This document shows, one piece after another, positions 47,000 to 55,016 of a DNA stretch of 64,000 bases. Positions within the stretch are counted from its first letter, which is position 1. Each line of letters opens with the position of its first letter. The stretch comes from an uncultured Sanguibacteroides sp. (GTDB lineage: Bacteria > Bacteroidota > Bacteroidia > Bacteroidales > Marinifilaceae). A program made the position numbers and the translations under genes. The notes under the pieces were generated by a model. It did not search any database, had not been told where the DNA came from, and worked only from the letters and a program-made list of their open reading frames with translations. The stretch spans positions 1,597 to 65,596 of the forward strand of contig NZ_UQRQ01000005.1 of the NCBI RefSeq assembly GCF_900543425.1, given 5' to 3'.

Positions 47000-48001
47000 C
47001 ATAGTACCAGAGAACTATAAAAATATTCTTTAATTATGGGGAATCAGGTATCTTCCGTGGGATATTCATAATATTTTTAGAAACATCTTTTTATCGAAAT
47101 AAGAAAACTATAAAATTTTTCGGTTTCATAACTCTAAAACCCGAATCCTCATTATCGACTATAATTTCCTCTTCATCCTTGTTAGAAATGAAAAATAGAT
47201 GAATCTACACTAAAAACGTCGATTATCTTATCACTTGAAGGTAGCTTGCCTCTTTTGTTTCCAACAGTATCACAACTGGAAGATCCTGAGCCAAAGGTAT
47301 TCCCATCGTGAAAATAATCTCCCAAGAAATAATTGTAAGCTGCACGTTCTAATCTCTCGTCACCCACGGAGGGGAATCATTCACATTTGCTTATCAAACT
47401 CTACAAGATCCGGAACGGCACTTCTGTTAAAAAGCCAATCCCCCGGCAAAAACAAAGAATCCACAGGTAACGTATAAGGCTTCTTCTGAAAATAAACAAA
47501 TTACGGAGAATTAGCGGATAAGCAATCACGGATAACACAAAGAAACCTATTCACATCAGCAAAATAAATCTCCGTTGTAACAGGTAATTCTCCAGATTAA
47601 CATGTCCCGTTAAATTCACAAACATATTTGACATAAACCTTGACACCGAATCGAGTAAACCATTTAACCAATCATTCTCAAAAAAATAAAGAATCCAAAA
47701 ACAACGAATAGAGTCAGTAAACTGATCACCCCGTGACAAGCGAAATAGGCTAAAAAATAAGAGATTCCCCCAAAAATAAACTAGGATAAAAAGGGCAAGA
47801 AACCCAATAAAAGAGATAAGTATACAAACCGAAAGAAAGGGAATAAAAACTGACATTCATCAGGATGGAAACATCGAACACGATAAAATTTACTAGCGTG
47901 AAAAACAGTAATCTTCCCAAGAAGTTTGCGGTCACAATCTCCCCGTTATTCAAGGAGCAGCCCCATAACATTTCCATCGCTTTAAACCAGCCTCCCCTCA
48001 A
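47000..48001 (-). pseudogene. decayed, internally deleted paralog of the 1105-aa membrane protein gene
   Basis: ~47027-47435 aligns by eye to 49903-~50328, and ~47436-48001 aligns to ~51975-52545 of the intact gene, at an eyeball-estimated ~75% nt identity. Track fragments 47182..47367, 47551..47856 and 47750..48001 translate to recognisable pieces (NFLGRLLFFTLVNFIVF, DWLNGLLD, TGHVNLENYLLQR, VFSVDSSIF) in different frames. Confidence 0.8.
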
Positions 48002-48281
48002 GGCTGTCCTATTAAATTAATTATAAAAAGCACGTCAACAATATTGGAATAAAAAATCATATAAACTTTAGACTTGAGCATGACTTATAAAATTCAATCC
48101 AACAAAAAGTTAAACAAATTATTTTTTAATACTAATATCAGTTGACAAAAACTATTAATTAACAACATTAAGAATAGATTAAATATATTCCTACAAGAAA
48201 AATTAATTTGATTCATTATATAAAGAATTGGCTCGAGATATACTTTTAATCCCAAAACCAATTCTTGTCAAATACAACATG

Positions 48282-48701
48282 TTAATTATCCGGATCAGCA
48301 TAGATCTTTACATTAAATATCACGTTAGTCTCTCCTGCCGAATTTTTAAGCACAATCTTATATTCCCCTGAATCTTGCCGAGCAGCACATAATAGTTTAA
48401 CTGTTAGAACTTCACTAGTAAAAGAAACATCTTCCGAAGATTGCCATAGTTCGCCATCTTTATATATTTTATAAGTAGCCTCTGGATTTGCAGTAAAATT
48501 AATTTCAAATTTAACAATTTGTCCTACAAAACCTTTTACATTACCATCACGAGGAGTCGTATAGTTAACAACAGGTTTACTCGGTGGTGCAAAAAGTAAT
48601 ATTTTACTAATATTGACATCACTAATTTTTTCTACTTCTTGACTTCTAAACCCTGTAAAACTTAAAAATAAGATCAAAACAAATAATATATTTATTTTCA
48701 T
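48282..48701 (-). CDS. small secreted single-Ig-domain protein (I-set-like), paralog B
   Basis: 139 aa. MKINILFVLILFLSFTGF leader, then PVVNYTTP..VKGFVGQIVKFEINF...KIYKDG...LTVKLLCAARQDSGEYKIVLKNSAGETNVIFNVKI. Confidence 0.7.
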   Translation of the reverse strand: MKINILFVLILFLSFTGFRSQEVEKISDVNISKILLFAPPSKPVVNYTTPRDGNVKGFVGQIVKFEINFTANPEATYKIYKDGELWQSSEDVSFTSEVLTVKLLCAARQDSGEYKIVLKNSAGETNVIFNVKIYADPDN

Positions 48702-48884
48702 TGTCTCAAATTTAGATGATTAATTATTTTATTTTTTAATAATATAAGATCATAATAATTATAATATAACAAATCATGATCTCCTTTACCCGTAATTTCA
48801 TATTTCTTGGCACAACAACAAGAATATTTATATAAAATTTAATGTTACTGGCAAATTTCATCGAAATAAATATACAATAAGATG

Positions 48885-49295
48885 TTATTCATTAGGATAT
48901 ATCTTCACATTAAATTTGGCTTCAGCTGTTCCAGCTTTATTCCAAAGCACAATTTTATATTCCCCAGAGTGAGCTAATTTTACATTCTTTATAGTACATT
49001 CCATCGTGTCTTGATTTTTACTAATATTTCCAGAACCAAATTGTTCACCATCCTTTAATATTACAAATTCAGTAGACGCATCTGCAACAAATTCAATAGC
49101 AAATGTCATAATCTGACCTTCAAAACATTTAACCTCACCATTACGAGGAATCGTTCTAGTTATCACAGGCGCTTGCGACAAAACAGCATATAACTCCTTA
49201 GAAATATTAAGACTGTTAGAAGTTACCACCTCTTTATTTTTAAACCCCGTAAGACTTACAAATAACATTAAAACAAATAATAATTTTTTCTTCAT
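48885..49295 (-). CDS. small secreted single-Ig-domain protein (I-set-like), paralog C
   Basis: 136 aa. MKKKLLFVLMLFVSLTGF leader, then PVITRTIP..VKCFEGQIMTFAIEF...VILKDG...MECTIKNVKLAHSGEYKIVLWNKAGTAEAKFNVKI. Confidence 0.7.
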   Translation of the reverse strand: MKKKLLFVLMLFVSLTGFKNKEVVTSNSLNISKELYAVLSQAPVITRTIPRNGEVKCFEGQIMTFAIEFVADASTEFVILKDGEQFGSGNISKNQDTMECTIKNVKLAHSGEYKIVLWNKAGTAEAKFNVKIYPNE

Positions 49296-49488
49296 AGTCG
49301 TAAATTTTAATTAGTTAATATAATTTGCCAATTTAAATAATATACATTGTCGACATTAATAATATATTTATAACTAAAAGATATATCACAATAAACATCA
49401 ACATAACGATCATCTCAGATCATCATTTTTCATTCTCAAAAGCAGTTAAAATCAGTTATTATTACACCAGTATGCAATAAATTAAACA

Positions 49489-52400
49489 TCACTCTTTTAC
49501 TTTTACCCATTTCACGGCATCAGCCACAAGTCCCTGAGAATACTCTTCATTCATTTTTTTATCACTTAGTGTTACCCTTGCGTTTTCAGTAAAATCAAAT
49601 ACTCCAAGAGAGACCCAACATCCCAAGTCGTCCTCTCCCGGAGCAACAACCACTTCATGCTCTTTTCTGCCATCAAAAACGGTATAAAAACGTGAAGTTT
49701 CTTGCTTTTTCTTTTCTGATAAAGAAGAGAATTCAATCCAATCAGGAATACTTTTCCGACCGCCACCGGCGAAGGTCGTATAGTAAAAAAAAACCTCATA
49801 CTTCCCTGCTTCAGGCAACCGAACACTCCATTCCACTTTTTGTTTACCTTCGCTAACTTCTTTATAAAGCGCACTTCGCACCGGGAAACCATAGAAATGT
49901 TCTTTAATCGTGGGTAACCAAGTATCTTCCGTGAGATATTCATAATATTTTTTAGAAACATCTTTTTGCCGGAATAAAGAAGTTATAAAATTTTTCGGTT
50001 TTACGATTCTAAAACCCGAATCCTCATTATCAACTATAATTTCGTCGCTGCTCGAAGCGAAAATAGACGAATCCACACTAAAAACACCGGTTATCGTGTC
50101 CTTACTCAAACAACTTGCCTCTTCCGGCTCTAATCGAATCATTGAAGGAAGATTCTGAGCCAATGGCGTTCCTATGCTAAAAACTGCCTTTAAACTGGAA
50201 ATCCGAGATACACGTGTTCTGATTTCCTTTGCCTCGTGAGGGGGAATAATCCATGCCTGATGAAATTCTGTCTCGACAAGACCGGGCACATCACTCCTAT
50301 TGAATACCTTAAAACAGTACAGCCAATAGGGTTCGTCTATTCCCGTAATCTTTATTGCCCGAGGTTCTCTGATATCAAGTATAGGCAATCGGTTGGTATG
50401 ATACCAATCCTCCACGAGTGAGTCCAAACGAACCCCGAAGGCCAGATGAAATTGGTCAAAAAACACTTTTGCGGTCGTCTCTCTGAAAAAATTGTTTGCT
50501 AGAAAACCATGATAAAACTGACGAAATGGTTCGTTTCCCACTAACAAAGAGATATATGAATACAACTCCTCGCTTTTTTTACGAATGATATTTTCCAGCA
50601 CTTCCGGTAACAATGAATGGTCATATAAAGCATCTTTCAGGCTATTATGACTCAGATATTCCACGGCAACATAATCATCAACGGGAGAAGACCATGCTTT
50701 AAGACCTCCATACCTGCGGGCCACGTTAGCCAGAACATCATGTAAAATCGGGTATTCCCGGGAAGCAATAAATGTCGTTTTACCCCGCATCATGGGACGT
50801 ATATCACAACTACCCTCTCCAAATAACGTTTTAATATCACGCAACTTCATTCTTATATCCATAAAATTCTCTTTTTCCTCCTCGGCTTTACCATCCGGAC
50901 TTTCAAAAGGATAACCTTTTATAGAATAGGCTTTCTCGGGAAGAAAAACAAGTCCTCCCTGCACTCTCTCTCCACCTCTTTGCATCACTCCTGGAAAACA
51001 ATAAAAAGCAACAGGCACTTCCAAGAGCGTCACCCAACGATACGGGTATTGCTGTATCGGATCATGAATTTCTCGCTCCTTATTATAAAAACTTGCGATA
51101 TAACATTTTTCCAGAAATTTCGGCGTTTGTATACATTCTTCACTCTCCATACCACGTTTAATATGCGAGAGTCTTGACACGATAGTGTCTTTCAGTAAAA
51201 TATCGTAATCCTTAAGAAGGTACTCGTGATCAGGCAAATAATAGAGTTCCAAACGAACAGGACCTAACGAGGCCATCCGTTTCTTGTAATGTCCAATACA
51301 AAGACTAATACCCGGCATACCATGATCAAAAGCAAACACGGTTTCTCCTTCTCTCTCGCTAACAACATCTCCCTGAGAAATAGCCGTCAGCATGGGATCA
51401 TGTTCCACGCTTAAACTATAGCGGGAAAAATTTACATCCCGAACTCCCGACTCCCCGTATGGAGGCACACAAACCGGATACCAGACACATTCAGGCGTGA
51501 GTAACTTGTAATCTTTACCGCAAAAGGCAGGTGAATAACCGAAACCATATATACCGATACGATTTACTCTCGAAAAATTGTAGTCTCGTGTGATCACGTC
51601 CAGAAAACACAGGTCATTGTCAACACCTCCCTCGTAACTCATAACAACCTCGCAGTTCTCTCCCGGCTTTAACTCTTTACCCGTGATCAATGCCTGGTGA
51701 TCCTTACGGAAAGAAACGGGTTGACCGTCAATATCGAGACGATTCACGGTCAAACCCGGGTTAAGGTAAATCACGAGAGGGATTACAACAGATGCTCGAT
51801 TTGTAACGGTCAACTCGCTGACCACGGAGATATCACCATTCCCGAGCTCCTTCACCTGCAAATCATTCCGTACCACACGGGCTGCAGGATGTTTACCATG
51901 TTCGGCGTAAACCTGCCTGTAAATCTCCCGGTTCATATTAACGGAAGTGTGACGAACGTAATAAGCAAAAGCCAGTCCACAAGCGAAAACAAAAAATCCA
52001 CAAGCAACACCCACGGTTTTTCTGAAAATAAGCAAATCATTGGGAATTCGCGGGTAAGGAATCACGGACAACACCAGAAAACCTATTCCCGTCAACAAGA
52101 TAAATCCCCGTTGCAACAAGTAATTCCCCAGGTTAACGTGACCCGTGAAATCCGAGAACATGCTCGGTATAAATCGTGCAACCGGGTCAAGCAAACCATT
52201 TAACCAATCGCTCCCGAAAAAAATAAAAACTCCAAGAACAGCAAATAGGATCAGTAAGCTGATTCCCTGGTGACGAACGAAGAGGGCCACGAGATAAGAA
52301 ATTCCCAAAAAATAAACCAGGGTAGGCAAGGTTAAGGTAACCCAATAAAAAAGATAGGCCCATAAATCGAAAGAGCGGGAATAAAAATTGGCGTTGATCA

Positions 52401-52806
52401 AGATGGAAACGCCGAACACGATAAAATTCACAAGTGTGAAAAACAATAATTTCCCCAAGAAGTTTCCGATGACAATTCCGCAGTTACTCAAGGGACGGAC
52501 ATGTAACGCCTCCATTGCTCTTAGCCTGGCCACCCTCGAATCACCAGTAATGTAACCGATGACGAAAAGCAACTGAACAAAATTAAAGTAATAGGCCGCC
52601 TTGTAAGCCATGGATGATGGAAAGACTTGTGAGATCCAATCCAACGAGGAACGAAACAAATCATTTACCGAGCCGGCCGATGCCGGGGTGAACAGGTAAA
52701 CAAGAAGCCCAACAATGGAAAGGATGGTAAATATACCAAAAACAACAGTCCTGCAGGAAGATTTAAGCTCGTATAAAGTGATCACAAAAACAGCACGCTT
52801 ATCCAT
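49489..52806 (-). CDS. giant membrane protein: ABC-2-permease-like 7-TM N-terminus + M1-aminopeptidase-like extracytoplasmic body lacking HEXXH + golvesin-like C-terminal beta domain
   Basis: 1105 aa. About 7 hydrophobic helices in aa 20-290, then a long soluble region. I found no HEXXH or GxMEN in the translation. The C-terminus W..RLPEAGKYEVFFYY...GCWVSLGVFDF...VTLSD...GLVADAVKWVKV fits the golvesin C-terminal-like pattern. No ABC ATPase gene is nearby. Confidence 0.6.
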   Translation of the reverse strand: MDKRAVFVITLYELKSSCRTVVFGIFTILSIVGLLVYLFTPASAGSVNDLFRSSLDWISQVFPSSMAYKAAYYFNFVQLLFVIGYITGDSRVARLRAMEALHVRPLSNCGIVIGNFLGKLLFFTLVNFIVFGVSILINANFYSRSFDLWAYLFYWVTLTLPTLVYFLGISYLVALFVRHQGISLLILFAVLGVFIFFGSDWLNGLLDPVARFIPSMFSDFTGHVNLGNYLLQRGFILLTGIGFLVLSVIPYPRIPNDLLIFRKTVGVACGFFVFACGLAFAYYVRHTSVNMNREIYRQVYAEHGKHPAARVVRNDLQVKELGNGDISVVSELTVTNRASVVIPLVIYLNPGLTVNRLDIDGQPVSFRKDHQALITGKELKPGENCEVVMSYEGGVDNDLCFLDVITRDYNFSRVNRIGIYGFGYSPAFCGKDYKLLTPECVWYPVCVPPYGESGVRDVNFSRYSLSVEHDPMLTAISQGDVVSEREGETVFAFDHGMPGISLCIGHYKKRMASLGPVRLELYYLPDHEYLLKDYDILLKDTIVSRLSHIKRGMESEECIQTPKFLEKCYIASFYNKEREIHDPIQQYPYRWVTLLEVPVAFYCFPGVMQRGGERVQGGLVFLPEKAYSIKGYPFESPDGKAEEEKENFMDIRMKLRDIKTLFGEGSCDIRPMMRGKTTFIASREYPILHDVLANVARRYGGLKAWSSPVDDYVAVEYLSHNSLKDALYDHSLLPEVLENIIRKKSEELYSYISLLVGNEPFRQFYHGFLANNFFRETTAKVFFDQFHLAFGVRLDSLVEDWYHTNRLPILDIREPRAIKITGIDEPYWLYCFKVFNRSDVPGLVETEFHQAWIIPPHEAKEIRTRVSRISSLKAVFSIGTPLAQNLPSMIRLEPEEASCLSKDTITGVFSVDSSIFASSSDEIIVDNEDSGFRIVKPKNFITSLFRQKDVSKKYYEYLTEDTWLPTIKEHFYGFPVRSALYKEVSEGKQKVEWSVRLPEAGKYEVFFYYTTFAGGGRKSIPDWIEFSSLSEKKKQETSRFYTVFDGRKEHEVVVAPGEDDLGCWVSLGVFDFTENARVTLSDKKMNEEYSQGLVADAVKWVKVKE

Positions 52807-53067
52807 AACATTCTGACGTTTATAAATTAACCAATTTCTCCATACACAGAGAAATAAGGAATCATTCCATGAAAAAAGACAATCCCAACTGCACTTAATG
52901 AATCAATATAATTTCTCAAAATTAGAAAAAATAATAATATACACAAATAATATTAATGAATATATCATTAATATATACAACAAAACAAAATCACCTTTAA
53001 AGTATCATCATATAACTACCAATAAAGTAATTCATTACCCGAATTCACAATAAATGTTCTCATATCG

Positions 53068-53553
53068 CTACTCTACCTTCACCCACTTCACGGCATCGGC
53101 CACCAACCCTTGCGTTGATTCTATCCTGTCACTCAAGGTTACTTTGGCGTTTTTAGAAATTTCTACCTTAAACGTAGCTTTAACAGATCCGAATTCATTC
53201 GTGAGTACAATATCATATATCCCAGTGTCACTTAATTCTGCATTTTCTATTTTAACTGTAGCTTTTCCTTCCGTATATACAAGATTACCTGAATTATCAC
53301 CTAATACGCCATCTTTATACACTTCCACGAAAACGGCAGGTTCTGCCATAAATTCAATATAAAATGTAATAATTTGCCCCACATAACCTCTAACATCCCC
53401 ATCCGGAACTATTTTTGTTATCACAGGTTTATTTCCTTTGAAAGAAAATAATTCTCGCCTGACATCAGGACCATTCGATACCTCTAACTCTTTATTCTTA
53501 AATCCCGTAAGAGCAACAAACAACACTAAAACAAATAAAAATATCCTCTTCAT
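53068..53553 (-). CDS. small secreted Ig-domain protein, paralog D, chimeric with the C-terminal ~24 aa of the giant-protein family
   Basis: The track start at 53586 is TTG. I prefer the ATG at 53553 (MKRIFLFVLVLFVALTGF), 31 nt downstream of the minus-strand -7 box TACATTTG (53584-53591). Ig body PVITKIVP..VRGYVGQIITFYIEF...EVYKDG...ATVKIENAELSDTGIYDIVLTNEFGSVKATFKVEI, then the tail AKVTLSDRIESTQGLVADAVKWVKVE. Confidence 0.7.
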   Translation of the reverse strand: MKRIFLFVLVLFVALTGFKNKELEVSNGPDVRRELFSFKGNKPVITKIVPDGDVRGYVGQIITFYIEFMAEPAVFVEVYKDGVLGDNSGNLVYTEGKATVKIENAELSDTGIYDIVLTNEFGSVKATFKVEISKNAKVTLSDRIESTQGLVADAVKWVKVE

Positions 53554-53966
53554 AACATTAATTAATGTAGTTAATATATTTTTCAAATGTAAAATATATC
53601 GCTAAATCATCCAAACAATGTACAATAAAGTTTTATCACAACACAACAAACACCATTATTAAAATAAAAATTCCATTATTTCAATAAAAAATAATTTTTC
53701 GGCCAATTTACATCTCACGTTTACGAAGAAATTTTACAAAAAATGCTCCACGCTAAAAAAGAGGACGTTTTTGCATCCTGTAAAAAACTATATTCCTTTA
53801 GAAAATACTTAAAGCACCTACGATTATATATATCGTTCAAAATCTTCACTATCCTCCGATGTTTTTTTAATCCGGTCAATGTATGCACATAATGTAGCAT
53901 CATAGTTATAAACCCTATCGTCTACAACTAAGCTATATCAGATTCTCATTTATCTCTCCGGAAAGA

Positions 53967-54902
53967 TTATACCAATAAATAGACCGTATAGATCAAATAG
54001 ACTGCAAACAGTAAAATCCCCTCCCAACGTTCAATCCGAAATCCCGTACGCATAAAAGGGAGTACAATGACAGCCGAACCTAACATGACTGCCATATCCA
54101 ATATATTAATCTGATCTGTTTGGATAGGAGTAATTGTTGCCGTAGCTCCCAGCACGGCGAATAAATTGAATATATTGGAGCCGATTACATTCCCGATAGC
54201 GATGTCCGTCCGTTTTTTCAAGGCGGCAACGACGGAAGTCGCTAACTCCGGCATACTCGTTCCGGCGGCAACGATGGTCAATCCGATTACGGCTTCACTC
54301 CATCCCAAGGTTTTGGCAATAACCACGGCATTTTTTACCAACATATCCGATCCCCAAACCAATAAAAATAGTCCTCCGATCACCAGTACTACATCCAATA
54401 ACCAACTTTTCGTCGGTTTCATCTCCTGCTCTCCTTCGATAACCTCCCCTTTTTTGGCCTTATAGACACATAAGAACATATATCCCGCGATTCCTACTAA
54501 AAACAGGATTCCGGATAGGCGTCCGAAACGTCCGTCACTAAACAAAACCACAAAAAGCAGAGAAGCGACAAGCATAATCGGGGTATCGATTCGAATCAAT
54601 CGTCTATCTACCTGCAAAGGGTAGATCATGGCGGAAATCCCTAAAATCACACAAATATTAAAAATATTGGAACCGATTACGTTTCCGACAGCAATGCTAC
54701 TTATACCATCCAACGCCGACTTTACACTAACCACTAATTCGGGAGCGCTCGTACCCAAGGCTACAACCGTTAAACCGACGACCAAAGGGGAGATCCCAGC
54801 CCGAACTGCCATGGATGAACTTCCCTTTACCAGAAAGTCCGCCCCGAAATAGAGTATCACCAGGGATAATACAACTAAAATTACACTTAATATCATAGGC
54901 AT
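53967..54902 (-). CDS. Ca2+/Na+ antiporter (CaCA family, YrbG-like)
   Basis: 311 aa with two alpha-repeat motifs (GTSAPELVVS... / GTSMPELATS...) and GNVIGSNIFN present twice. Confidence 0.85.
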   Translation of the reverse strand: MPMILSVILVVLSLVILYFGADFLVKGSSSMAVRAGISPLVVGLTVVALGTSAPELVVSVKSALDGISSIAVGNVIGSNIFNICVILGISAMIYPLQVDRRLIRIDTPIMLVASLLFVVLFSDGRFGRLSGILFLVGIAGYMFLCVYKAKKGEVIEGEQEMKPTKSWLLDVVLVIGGLFLLVWGSDMLVKNAVVIAKTLGWSEAVIGLTIVAAGTSMPELATSVVAALKKRTDIAIGNVIGSNIFNLFAVLGATATITPIQTDQINILDMAVMLGSAVIVLPFMRTGFRIERWEGILLFAVYLIYTVYLLV

Positions 54903-54940
54903 TTATTATATAAACTCTTTTCCTTTACAATCGTAAAGAA

Positions 54941-54985
54941 TATATTTGAAGTTTCAAAATTATAAACTAATTTAGTGTATACACT
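54941..54985 (+). promoter_or_regulatory. -7 box TATATTTG (54941-54948) and 12-bp perfect palindrome AGTGTATACACT (54974-54985) upstream of mntH
   Basis: The palindrome lies ~26 nt downstream of the promoter box, in the divergent intergenic region. Confidence 0.4.
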
Positions 54986-55016
54986 CAAAAATAAGTCTAT
55001 TTTTACAAAAGAACTT

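Noticed and set aside
47182-48001. Track ORFs 47182..47367, 47551..47856 and 47750..48001 as separate small genes
   Set aside because: Each translates to a fragment of the 1105-aa protein family in a different frame. I treat them as pieces of one pseudogene.
52950-52974. Palindrome ATATTAATGA-ATATA-TCATTAATAT in the spacer between Ig paralog D and the giant gene
   Set aside because: It is composed almost purely of A and T in a very AT-rich region. Chance occurrence is plausible and no second copy was seen.
53554-53586. Upstream TTG start giving an 11-aa N-terminal extension (MKNILTTLINV) on Ig paralog D
   Set aside because: The other three paralogs begin directly with the M[KR]K..L leader. 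The TACATTTG -7 box overlaps the TTG, so the transcript probably starts downstream of it.
53721-53903. 60-aa minus-strand ORF in the AT-rich spacer between Ig paralog D and the CaCA gene. Similar ORFs at 44455..44652 and 44681..44869.
   Set aside because: They are short and sit in very AT-rich DNA where random ORFs are expected. They have no recognisable motif, promoter box or signal peptide. They cannot be supported from sequence alone.
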